From Squalus acanthias (lineage: Eukaryota): a stretch of DNA of 64,000 bases. The first letter of the stretch is position 1, and every line of letters begins with the position of its first letter. The notes under the pieces are model-generated. The model searched no databases. It was not told the DNA's origin and saw nothing but the letters and a program-made list of their open reading frames with translations. The translations under genes were made by a program, and so were the position numbers. Shown one piece after another: positions 49,899-60,452 of this stretch. The stretch covers positions 19,470,001 to 19,534,000 of the forward strand of contig CM059432.1 in NCBI GenBank assembly GCA_030390025.1. The letters are read 5' to 3'.

Positions 49899-50440
49899 AG
49901 AACATAAGACATAAGACCATAAGACGTAGGAGCAGGAGTTGGTCATTTGGCCCCTCGAGCCTGCTCCGCCATTCAATAAGATCATGGCTGATCTGATCTG
50001 ATCTTGGCCTCAACTCCACTTCCCTGCCCGCTCCCCATAACCCTCGACTCCCTTACCATTGTAGTGGTCCCAACACCGAACCCTAGGTCAGCTCACTCAG
50101 TAGTTTCCCCCCACTCCAACATAACTCCTCTAATGAGGATGTATTTTCTAACCTTCAGCCAGTTTCTTCTCCACTGCCCAGGTTTATCACCACGGCTTTC
50201 AATTTACATAGAATGATATAGAATTTTACAGCTCAGAAACAGGCCATTCAGCCCAACAGGTCTATGCCGGTGTTTATGCGCCACACGCGCCTCCTCCCAC
50301 CTTACTTCATCTCACCCTTTCAACATATCCTTCTATTCCTTTCTCTCTCATGTACTTATCGAGCTAGCTCTTAATTGCATCTGTGCTATTCGCCTCAACC
50401 ACTCCACGTGGTAGTGAGTTCCATATTCTCACCACTTTCT
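49893..50440 (-). mobile_element. two short CR1 3' ends (49893-50055, 50208-50440)
   Basis: (cttatgtt)n tail and CR1 3'UTR hairpins. Confidence 0.8.
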
Positions 50441-52565
50441 TAATTAATAGCCTTTCAAGTAGAACTTTGTCAAAAGTTTTTAGGGAGTCTAGGTGTACAA
50501 TGTCACAGGACTTCCAATAATCCACTTGGGTTGTCACTTCCTCAAAGAAGTAGAGAGGTTCATCAGGCAGGATCTCTTCCTTTCAAATCCATGTTGACTG
50601 CAGTTTATTGGTCTTTGATGTACAGCTGATCCTTAGTTTTACTTCTGATAACCAATTCCATTATTTTACATGGAATAGAAGCAAGAAAAATGGATCTGTT
50701 GTTGCCTGTATACGTTCTGTCTTTTTTTTAAATATCTGCACCACCTTAGCCTGTTTCCAATCTTCTGGTATCTCTCCAGTGTCCAATTTCAGTGCCTCAC
50801 AAATCTCTTCCTTAGTCTCTCAGCCCTCTGGGGTAAATACCATCTATCCTTGGGGATTCATTTGTTTGAGCCTGATTAGCCCAGAAATTCCATCTCATTT
50901 ATAACAAAGTCATCTGTTTGGAGAGAGCATGTTGCGCATGTATTCTCTTGTGAATACTTGGAGGAAGTGCTTATTCAGAATATTTAGTATTTTATGCTCA
51001 ATCTCTCGCTGTTGTGGCTGTTTTTACCGAATGCTTACCCTCAGCTGCTATGCTTTTTCACCAGGATTCTCTTTGTCGCTCCAATCATTCTTTCAATGCG
51101 TTTCTGCATTTTCTTGTATTCATCCCAGTGAGCCTCTGCTCCTTTCTCCCTTTAGGACTTGTACGGGCAGTTTATCCTTTTTATTTCACCATTAATCTGT
51201 TTACTAATCTATTCAGCGTCATTTCTTTTCAATCGGGCCTTGTTGGTTTTTGGGAATGTATTTATCCTGCTTTCTCAGCATTCTTGGAATTGTTTACTGC
51301 GTTGAGTATCAGAGACAAAAAGAAGTGGAATCACTTAGGAACAAATTTGTTAGATCGGTAGGAAAGTCTAGTTTTTCTAGATGGATGAGCCAAGATCGGC
51401 AAACTTGTCTTCCTCATCCTTATTTATCTGGGACTCCAACTCAATATGACCTTATATGTACCATGATGTACACAGATACATTACCTAGCAAATGGGTATT
51501 AATATTTTTAAAAAAATAACTGAAAGTCAGTCTCAGACCATACCATATGCAGTGCTCCAGAGAAGAGTCCCTCATTCCTTACCTCTTAAGTTCAATTAAG
51601 AGAGAAAAGGGCATTGTTCCAACATATTACACAGCCCACTGAACCTAGTTGCAATAAAGCTAAAATGTACGAGAGCTAAAATGAGCAGAATAACACTTCA
51701 TCACATTAGGAGTTTGAATCTGAACTAAATTTGTGCTTCACTGCTCAAGTTGCATTCATGCTTCATTTGGTTTTAGCAGTCTCGAAGAGTTTAAAATAGC
51801 TACAGTGTGATCCCATAAGAGACAGAGAGGGCTATTTTAGTCAGGGTTTATAATTTTTGCGTAATGAATCATATACAGACCTATTCTTTTAAAATGCAAA
51901 AAGAATTGATAATTGAGACTTAAATGATAGTCGGAAAGATGATTTATCCGTGACTGATAATTACAACAGTGAATGTTTTTAAAATAGATCAAATGATTAA
52001 ATATTCTGAATTAAGAATTCAACAGTATGTAAAAAATGGAAAGAAGGTAAATCAGAGAGCGCATATTATACTATAGACTGCATTAGGGTTCTGATGAAAG
52101 CTCGCACCCGGAAACATGAACTGTCTGAATATTAGATTTCCACCTTTTGGGTCTTCTCCTTTTTCTCTCTACGACATCCTGCTATGATGAGACTAACTCA
52201 ATCTCCAAATGGTTCAGGGCAGGTCTAGATTCTGGTCTGGTTTACCAAGTTCAAATGAAGTATTGGACTGAGACGGATACCAAGAAAATCAGCTGATTGA
52301 GTTCCTGGGAAAGAAGGTTTCCCCTCAGTGCACAACTGTAATTCAGTACAGCACACCTGTCAACAGTGGCCAAGTTGTAGGCACGAGAATTTTAGGCATT
52401 ATCCATATAGCCGACACATGTCAAAATCAAAAATGGCTAAAAGCAGCAAACTGCATATGTCACCTTGGCTCCAAGGAATTACCAAGTATAATACATGCAT
52501 GTTTTAATTCTTATCTTCTTTGCCTTGCCTTTATACTTTTCTCTGTTCTGTCCCTTTTTTCCAAG

Positions 52566-52995
52566 TGTCAGCCTTGGCTCAGTGGTAGCAGTCTCACCAC
52601 TGAGTTGCAAGGTGTGGGCTCCAGCTGCCTACAGATATTTGAGCAAGTAATCTAAGCTGACACTTCAGTGCAGTATGAGAGGGGTGAGAGGTGCTGTCTT
52701 TTGGATGAGATGTTAAGCCATACCTGCTTGCTTGGTTGGATGTAAAAGATGTCATGGTGTTATTCAGAGAAAAGCGGGGAAGTTCTTCTGGTGTTCTGGC
52801 CAACATTTATCCCCCAACCAACACTATCAAAACAGATTATCTGGTCATTTATCACATTGCTGTTTGTGGGTTCTAGCTGTGTGCAAATTGGCCGCTATGT
52901 TTCCCTACAATACTATAGTGATTATACTTATTGGTTGTGAAGCACTTTGAGGCATCATGAGGACACGAAAGGTGCTTTATAAATTGAAATTCTTT
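52566..52995 (+). mobile_element. DeuSINE, diverged
   Basis: Collinear with 27653-28125. Confidence 0.8.
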
Positions 52996-53773
52996 CTTTA
53001 CAACTTGCCTGCTGTTAGATTTCAAAGTTCCTTTCCCTGGCTAGAAAGTAAGAGATAGCAAAGGACAGTGATGGAGGAAAGAAGGGATATATTTGTAACA
53101 GAGAACCTTCAGTAGAATCATAAAATCATAGATTAGTACAGCACAGAAGAGGCCATTTGGCCCATTGAGTCTGTGCCGGCTCTTTCGAAGAGCAATCCAG
53201 TTAGTCGCACTCCCCCGCTCTTTTTTCTCCTTCAAGTATTTATCCAATTCGCTTTTGAAGGCTACTATTGAATCTGTATCCACTACCCGATCAGGCAGTG
53301 CACTCCAAACCCTAACCACTCGTTGCATTAAAAAGTTTTTCCTCATGTCACCTCAGGTTCTTTGCCAATCACCTTAAATCTGTGCTCTCTGGTTATCAAC
53401 TCTTCAGCCATTGGAAACAGTTTATCTTTATATACTCTATCTAAACCCTTCATGATTTTAAACACCTCTATCATACCTCCACTCAGCCTTCTCTGTTCTA
53501 AGGAGAACAACCCTAGCTTCTCCAGTCTATCCACGTAACTGTATTCCCTCATCCCTAGAACCGTTCTAGTAAATCTCTTCTGTACCCTCTCCAAAGCCTT
53601 CACGTCCTTCCTAAAGTGTGTTGCACAGAATGAGACACAATACACCAGCTGGGACTGAACTAGTGTTTTCTATAGGTTCAGCATAACTGCCTGGCTCTTT
53701 TTTACTCTGCCTCTTTTTATAAAATTGAGAGGTCGCACAACACCAGGTTATAGTCCAACAGTTTTATTTGAAA

Positions 53774-53811
53774 TCACAAGCTTTCGGAGCTATCGCTCCT
53801 TCCTCAGGTGA
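53774..53811 (-). ncRNA. minimal type-I hammerhead ribozyme motif (inverted arm)
   Basis: Reverse complement: tcac-CTGAGGA-a-ggagc gata gctcc-GAAA-gctt-gtga. Confidence 0.8.
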
Positions 53812-54149
53812 AGTAAATTGGATACAGAATCGTCAGAGCATATATAGATGGAAAAAAAAGCATGTGTACTTTACAATTGCAGACCAATAAATTAAATCAT
53901 CCTGACTATCTGCCGAGGTGTGATAAAGTTAATTAAGTCAGCCAGGAAGGTACCACATCAAAAGACATAGCAAGATACAACTGAGACAATGAGGTGAAGT
54001 CGCAGGGGTTCTAACGTGTCAAAAGCTGCCGTCTGTATGTAAAACGAAAAGCTTAAAAAAAAAAAAAATTTACTTTTTTACTGGGAAAATTTTTACTTTT
54101 TTACTGGGAATCACATCTGTGAACAAGCTAACGACGACTCGAGTCCGGA

Positions 54150-55745
54150 TCACGTCATGTATCGTGACATAAACCCAAGATCCCGATTGAGACCGTCTTC
54201 ATGAGTGCAGAACTTGGCTATCAGTTTCTGCTCGATGATTTTGCGTTGTCGTGTGTTTCTAAGGTTGCCTTGGAGAACGCTTACCCGCAGATCCGAGGCT
54301 GAATGTCCTTGACTGCTGAAGTGTTCCCCGACTGGGAGGTAACAATCCTGCCTGGCGATTGTTGCGCGGTGCTCGTTCATACGTTGTCTCAGTGTCTGCA
54401 TGGTCTCGCCGATGTACCATGCCGCGGTGCATTCTTTCCTGCAACGTATGAGGTAGACAACGTTGGCCGAGTCACATGAGTATGTACCATGTACCTGGTG
54501 GGTAGTGTCCTCACGTGTGATGGTGGTATCTGTGTTGATGATCTGGCATGTCTTGCAGAGTTTGCCATGGCAGGGTTGTGTGGTGTCGTGGTCGCTGTTA
54601 TCCTGAAAGCTGGGTAATTTGCTGCGAACGATGGTACTTCTGAGGTTAGGCGGCTGTTTGAAGGCAAGTAGTGGAGGCGTGGGGATGGCCTTAGCGAGGT
54701 GTTTGTCGTCATCGATGACATGTTGAAGGCTGCGAAGAACATGTCGTAGTTTCTCCGCTCCGGGGAAGTACTGGACGACGTAGGGTACCCTGTTGGTTGT
54801 GTCCCGTGTTTGCCTTCTGAGGAGGTCTATGCGATTTTTCGCTGTGGCCCGTCGGAACTGTCGATCGATGAGTCGAGCGTCATATCCCGTTCTTACGAGG
54901 GCGTTTTTCAGCGTCCGTAGGTGTCCATCGCGTTCCTCCTCGTCTGAGCAGATCCTGTGTATTCGCAGGGCTTGTCCATAGGGGATGGCTTCTTTAACAT
55001 GGTTAGGGTGGAAGCTGGAGAAGTGGAGCATCGTGAGGTTGTCCGTGGGCTTGCGGTAGAGTGAAGTGCTGAGGTGTCCGTCTTTGATGGAGATTCGTGT
55101 GTCCAGGAATGAGACCGATTCTGAGGAGTAGTCCATGGTGAGTTTGATGGTGGGATGGAACTTGTTTATGTTATCGTGTAGTCTTTTCAGTGATCCTTCG
55201 CCATGGGTCCAAAGGAAGAAAATGTCGTCGATGTATCTGGTGTACAGCGTTGGCTGGAGGTCCTGTGCAGCGAAGAAGTCTTGCTCGAACTTGTGCATGA
55301 AGATGTTGGCGTATTGGGGTGCGAATTTGGTCCCCATGGCTGTTCCGTGTGTTTGGGTAAAAAAATGGTTGTCGAAGGCGAAGACATTGTGGTCAAGGAT
55401 GAAGCGGATGAGTTGTAGGATGGCGTCTGGAGATTGGCTGTTGTTGATGTTGAGTACTGAGGCTGTTGCAGCGATGCCGTCATCGTGGGGGATACTGGTG
55501 TAGAGTGCCGATACGTCCATCGTGGCAAGGAGTGTTCCTGGTTCAACTGGTCCGTGGGTGCTGAGTTTCTGTAAGAAGTCTGTAGTGTCGCGACAGAAGC
55601 TGGGGGTTCCCTGTACGATGGGTTTCAGAATGCCCTCGACGTATCCAGAGAGGTTCTCACACAGGGTTCCATTGCCTGATACGATAGGACGTCCGGGTGT
55701 GTTGGCTTTGTGTATCTTTGGGAGGCAGTAGAAGTCTCCCACGCG
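54150..55745 (-). pseudogene. 5'-truncated inverted copy of the Penelope ORF (RT core to GIY-YIG), frame open
   Basis: 530 aa identical to the C-terminus of the intact ORF except T>A in HNVF(T/A)FD; no native start codon. Confidence 0.9.
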
Positions 55746-56160
55746 TAAAAAAGTAAAAATTTTCCCAGTAAAAAAGTAAATTTTTTTTTTTTTAAGCTTT
55801 TCGTTTTACATACAGACGGCAGCTTTTGACACGTTAGAACCCCTGCGACTTCACCTCATTGTCTCAGTTGTATCTTGCTATGTCTTTTGATGTGGTACCT
55901 TCCTGGCTGACTTAATTAACTTTATCACACCTCGGCAGATAGTCAGGATGATTTAATTTATTGGTCTGCAATTGTAAAGTACACATGCTTTTTTTTCCAT
56001 CTATATATGCTCTGACGATTCTGTATCCAATTTACTTCACCTGAGGAAGGAGCGATAGTTCCGAAAGCTTGTGATTTCAAATAAAACTGTTGGACTATAA
56101 CCTGGTGTTGTGCGACCTCTCAATTTTGTCCACCCCAGTCCAACACCGGCATCTCCGCAT
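55745..56160 (+). repeat. 5' pseudo-LTR of Penelope
   Basis: Direct repeat of 58886-59300; contains the hammerhead and AATAAA (~56080); ends at the ATG. Confidence 0.93.
56037..56074 (+). ncRNA. minimal type-I hammerhead ribozyme motif (5' pLTR)
   Basis: tcac-CTGAGGA-a-ggagc gata gttcc-GAAA-gctt-gtga; predicted cut after 56070. Confidence 0.8.
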
Positions 56161-56161
56161 C

Positions 56162-58840
56162 ATGACCACTATCGACACCACAAACTGCCGGCTCAAAGTG
56201 GAGAGAATCGCCAAGAAGATCGCGCATATCGACACCGACATCAAGTATCTACAGAGATGCAAGAAAGCAGACAAGATCCCGAAAGGACTACAGATCACGA
56301 ACCCACTCAAGTCGACATACAACACAGACTACGCTGAGAGACTCTGCCGTCGTACCTCTCGCACACTCCTCAACCATCTCGTACACCAGCTCTACAGCAA
56401 ACGCCACAACCTCGAAACCAAGATAGAGTCCATGCTCTCAGCCTGTGCTCAGGACACAGCAGACCAGTTACGAGACACCACCAAACAGACGAGGCAACGG
56501 AACTACGCTGCCTACATGCGCATCAAGAACAGGAAGCTTGAGAAACTCGGCATCACCACCAGCAGCAACCAAGCCTCCCCCGGTACCACGGCTGCAACCA
56601 CAGGGAAGTCCATCGTCAACTTGTCCGACCATACCCTTCAACCAGACGAAATCGAAGTTCTCGCCCTAGGGCTCAAGTTCTGCCCAACCACCAAAATGGA
56701 CCCCATCGGTCTCGCGGCAGACACGGAGGAATTCATCAGGAGAATGAGGCTCCGGGAATACTTCCACAAATCCCAAGATGTCAGCAACAAACCCAATGAG
56801 ACAATCAATGATCCAGAACAGCAGACAGAGGGACTCGCAGTGCAGCAACCGAAGAAAAAAGAGTCAAACTGGACCCCTCCGGAGGGTCGCTGCCCCAAGC
56901 TTGACATGTATGCTCAAGCTGTCAGGAAATGCATCAACGCCAGATTCATCAGCCGCACTCACAAGACAGTCCAGAATGTCACCCGAGCACAACGCAACGC
57001 CATCCACGCTCTCAAGACCAACCGCAACATTGTCATCAAACCAGCGGACAAAGGAGGAGCCATCGTCATACAGAACAGAACGGACTATTGTAAAGAAGCA
57101 TACCGACAACTGGACAACCAGGAACACTACAGACAGCTACCCGCAGATCCGACCAAAGAACACACCCGCCAACTCAATAGACTGATCAAGACCTTCGATC
57201 CAGACCTTCAAAACATCCTACGCGCTCTCATCCCACGTACTCCCCGCGTGGGAGACTTCTACTGCCTCCCAAAGATACACAAAGCCAACACACCCGGACG
57301 TCCTATCGTATCAGGCAATGGAACCCTGTGTGAGAACCTCTCTGGATACGTCGAGGGCATTCTGAAACCCATCGTACAGGGAACCCCCAGCTTCTGTCGC
57401 GACACTACAGACTTCTTACAGAAACTCAGCACCCACGGACCAGTTGAACCAGGAACACTCCTTGCCACGATGGACGTATCGGCACTCTACACCAGTATCC
57501 CCCACGATGACGGCATCGCTGCAACAGCCTCAGTACTCAACATCAACAACAGCCAATCTCCAGACGCCATCCTACAACTCATCCGCTTCATCCTTGACCA
57601 CAATGTCTTCACCTTCGACAACCATTTTTTTACCCAAACACACGGAACAGCCATGGGGACCAAATTCGCACCCCAATACGCCAACATCTTCATGCACAAG
57701 TTCGAGCAAGACTTCTTCGCTGCACAGGACCTCCAGCCAACGCTGTACACCAGATACATCGACGACATTTTCTTCCTTTGGACCCATGGCGAAGGATCAC
57801 TGAAAAGACTACACGATAACATAAACAAGTTCCATCCCACCATCAAACTCACCATGGACTACTCCTCAGAATCGGTCTCATTCCTGGACACACGAATCTC
57901 CATCAAAGACGGACACCTCAGCACTTCACTCTACCGCAAGCCCACGGACAACCTCACGATGCTCCACTTCTCCAGCTTCCACCCTAACCATGTTAAAGAA
58001 GCCATCCCCTATGGACAAGCCCTGCGAATACACAGGATCTGCTCAGACGAGGAGGAACGCGATGGACACCTACGGACGCTGAAAAACGCCCTCGTAAGAA
58101 CGGGATATGACGCTCGACTCATCGATCGACAGTTCCGACGGGCCACAGCGAAAAATCGCATAGACCTCCTCAGAAGGCAAACACGGGACACAACCAACAG
58201 GGTACCCTACGTCGTCCAGTACTTCCCCGGAGCGGAGAAACTACGACATGTTCTTCGCAGCCTTCAACATGTCATCGATGACGACAAACACCTCGCTAAG
58301 GCCATCCCCACGCCTCCACTACTTGCCTTCAAACAGCCGCCTAACCTCAGAAGTACCATCGTTCGCAGCAAATTACCCAGCTTTCAGGATAACAGCGACC
58401 ACGACACCACACAACCCTGCCATGGCAAACTCTGCAAGACATGCCAGATCATCAACACAGATACCACCATCACACGTGAGGACACTACCCACCAGGTACA
58501 TGGTACATACTCATGTGACTCGGCCAACGTTGTCTACCTCATACGTTGCAGGAAAGAATGCACCGCGGCATGGTACATCGGCGAGACCATGCAGACACTG
58601 AGACAACGTATGAACGAGCACCGCGCAACAATCGCCAGGCAGGATTGTTACCTCCCAGTCGGGGAACACTTCAGCAGTCAAGGACATTCAGCCTCGGATC
58701 TGCGGGTAAGCGTTCTCCAAGGCAACCTTAGAAACACACGACAACGCAAAATCATCGAGCAGAAACTGATAGCCAAGTTCTGCACTCATGAAGACGGTCT
58801 CAATCGGGATCTTGGGTTTATGTCACGATACATGACGTGA
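56162..58840 (+). CDS. Penelope-like (Neptune clade) polyprotein: reverse transcriptase + Cys-rich linker + GIY-YIG endonuclease, 892 aa
   Basis: First ATG at 56162; IKPADKGGAIV, LPKIHK..PGRPIVS, TMDVSALYTSIP, GTAMGTKFAP, RYIDD, FLD; PCHGKLCKTC linker; VVYLIRC..WYIGET..R..EH..HF..E..GLN; no stops. Confidence 0.96.
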   Translation: MTTIDTTNCRLKVERIAKKIAHIDTDIKYLQRCKKADKIPKGLQITNPLKSTYNTDYAERLCRRTSRTLLNHLVHQLYSKRHNLETKIESMLSACAQDTADQLRDTTKQTRQRNYAAYMRIKNRKLEKLGITTSSNQASPGTTAATTGKSIVNLSDHTLQPDEIEVLALGLKFCPTTKMDPIGLAADTEEFIRRMRLREYFHKSQDVSNKPNETINDPEQQTEGLAVQQPKKKESNWTPPEGRCPKLDMYAQAVRKCINARFISRTHKTVQNVTRAQRNAIHALKTNRNIVIKPADKGGAIVIQNRTDYCKEAYRQLDNQEHYRQLPADPTKEHTRQLNRLIKTFDPDLQNILRALIPRTPRVGDFYCLPKIHKANTPGRPIVSGNGTLCENLSGYVEGILKPIVQGTPSFCRDTTDFLQKLSTHGPVEPGTLLATMDVSALYTSIPHDDGIAATASVLNINNSQSPDAILQLIRFILDHNVFTFDNHFFTQTHGTAMGTKFAPQYANIFMHKFEQDFFAAQDLQPTLYTRYIDDIFFLWTHGEGSLKRLHDNINKFHPTIKLTMDYSSESVSFLDTRISIKDGHLSTSLYRKPTDNLTMLHFSSFHPNHVKEAIPYGQALRIHRICSDEEERDGHLRTLKNALVRTGYDARLIDRQFRRATAKNRIDLLRRQTRDTTNRVPYVVQYFPGAEKLRHVLRSLQHVIDDDKHLAKAIPTPPLLAFKQPPNLRSTIVRSKLPSFQDNSDHDTTQPCHGKLCKTCQIINTDTTITREDTTHQVHGTYSCDSANVVYLIRCRKECTAAWYIGETMQTLRQRMNEHRATIARQDCYLPVGEHFSSQGHSASDLRVSVLQGNLRNTRQRKIIEQKLIAKFCTHEDGLNRDLGFMSRYMT

Positions 58841-58885
58841 TCCGGACTCGAGTCGTCGTTAGCTTGTTCACAGATGTGATTCCCA

Positions 58886-59300
58886 GTAAAAAAGTAAAAA
58901 TTTTCCCAGTAAAAAAGTAAATTTTTTTTTTTTTAAGCTTTTCGTTTTACATACAGACGGCAGCTTTTGACACGTTAGAACCCCTGCGACTTCACCTCAT
59001 TGTCTCAGTTGTATCTTGCTATGTCTTTTGATGTGGTACCTTCCTGGCTGACTTAATTAACTTTATCACACCTCGGCAGATAGTCAGGATGATTTAATTT
59101 ATTGGTCTGCAATTGTAAAGTACACATGCTTTTTTTTCCATCTATATATGCTCTGACGATTCTGTATCCAATTTACTTCACCTGAGGAAGGAGCGATAGT
59201 TCCGAAAGCTTGTGATTTCAAATAAAACTGTTGGACTATAACCTGGTGTTGTGCGACCTCTCAATTTTGTCCACCCCAGTCCAACACCGGCATCTCCGCA
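58886..59300 (+). repeat. 3' pseudo-LTR of Penelope
   Basis: No difference seen from 55745-56160. Confidence 0.93.
59178..59215 (+). ncRNA. minimal type-I hammerhead ribozyme motif (3' pLTR)
   Basis: Identical to 56037-56074; predicted cut after 59211. Confidence 0.8.
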
Positions 59301-60268
59301 TCTTTTTATAAAGCCCAGGATCCCATATGCTTTATTAACTGCTTTGTTAACCTGTCCTGCCACCTTCAAAGATTTATGCACAATCACCCCCAAGTCTTTC
59401 TGTTCTTGCACACCCTTTAATATTGCACCATTTAGCACGCATTGTCTCTCCTCATTCTTCCTACCAAAACATATCACCTCACACTTTTCTGCGCTGAATT
59501 TCATCTGCCATATGTCCAACCATTCCACCAGCCTGTCTATGTCCTTTTGAAGTCTATTACTATCTTTCTCACTGTTTACTACACTTCCAAGTTTCGTGTC
59601 ATCCGCAAATTTAAAATTTGTGCCCTGTACCAAGTCCAAGTCATTAATATATATCAAAAACAGCAGTGGTCCTAGTAGTGAACCCTGCAGAACACCATTG
59701 TATACCTCCCTCCAGTCCAAAAAACAGCCATTCAGCACAAATCTGTTTTCTATCCTTTAGCCAATTTTGTATCCATGCTGCTACTGCCCCTGTTATCCTA
59801 CAGGCTCAATTTTACTAACAAGTCTAATATGTGGTACTTTATCAAATACCTTTTGAAAGTCCATATACACAATATCAACTGCACTGCCCTCATCCACCCT
59901 TTCTATTACCTCATCAAAAAACTTAATCAAGTTAGTCAAACACGATTTGCCCTTAACAAATCCATTCTACCACTATGAATGTTGGGATAGCTCATTTATA
60001 TAAGGCTCAATTGATTTTGCCAATTTGTTTCATATTCTCAAACTTCATTAGATCACCTTAAAGTCTCCTGTTTGAAAGAAAAAACAAACAAACCCAATGT
60101 CCTTAACTTGAGAGATCTAGCAGGTTTTATGACTCACTGAATCTGTTCAATCATGGAGGAGCAGCAATCAACAATGCAAATAAATACTGAACTATATAGG
60201 CAAAAAGAAAAAGTCCAAATCAAGGGAAGTCATGCTCAAAATATAGATCTCTCGTCAGCGTACACCTT

Positions 60269-60452
60269 GGATGTAATTTTGACTTGGGCGATAGTGTAAA
60301 ACAGGCGATAGCAAATTGTGCTAGCAAATTACTCTCCTGATTTTCATTTCCACTAAAGTCAATTCAAAATGAAAAGCAGGAGAGCAGTAAAATGGATTGC
60401 CGATTCCCTATTTCCCCTTTTACACTATCGCCCAAAGTCAAAATTACCCCCC
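60269..60452. mobile_element. palindromic MITE (Harbinger-like ends) inserted in an old CR1 (~60190-60920, +)
   Basis: gtaattttgact-tgggcgatagtgtaaaa / ttttacactatcgcccaaagtcaaaattac; flanking ctt duplication. Confidence 0.8.

Larger units (their letters stand above)
43320..51300 (-). mobile_element. old fragmented CR1 hosting a stack of nested insertions
   Basis: Pieces at 43320-43612 (TRGHRLKLVKGKF), 48480-48840, 49541-49730 (VKFAGSK, WADKWQ) and 50440-50900 (degenerate RT). Confidence 0.6.
53724..59300 (+). mobile_element. full-length Neptune-type Penelope-like retroelement: inverted 3' arm + pLTR-ORF-pLTR
   Basis: TSD tctttttataaa at 53712-53723 and 59301-59312; intact ORF; direct repeats 55745-56160 and 58886-59300; inverted arm 53721-55745 matches 57245-59268. 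Confidence 0.96.
53115..59966 (-). mobile_element. CR1 LINE split by the Penelope insertion (pieces 53115-53723 and 59301-59966)
   Basis: RT reading ...KAYGILGFIK|RGRVK... resumes across the TSD. Confidence 0.9.

Noticed and set aside
52088..52121. Degenerate hammerhead-like motif (also ~39650-39685)
   Set aside because: Stem II and palindrome decayed; probably old PLE relics, not counted as ribozymes
53724..55745. Inverted arm as an assembly fold-back artefact
   Set aside because: A perfect TSD flanks the whole structure, the arm has its own variants, and the same architecture recurs three more times; long-read confirmation is still advisable
56090..56161. 24-aa N-terminal extension giving a 916-aa Penelope ORF
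   Set aside because: Starts at TTG inside the pLTR; the first ATG is at 56162
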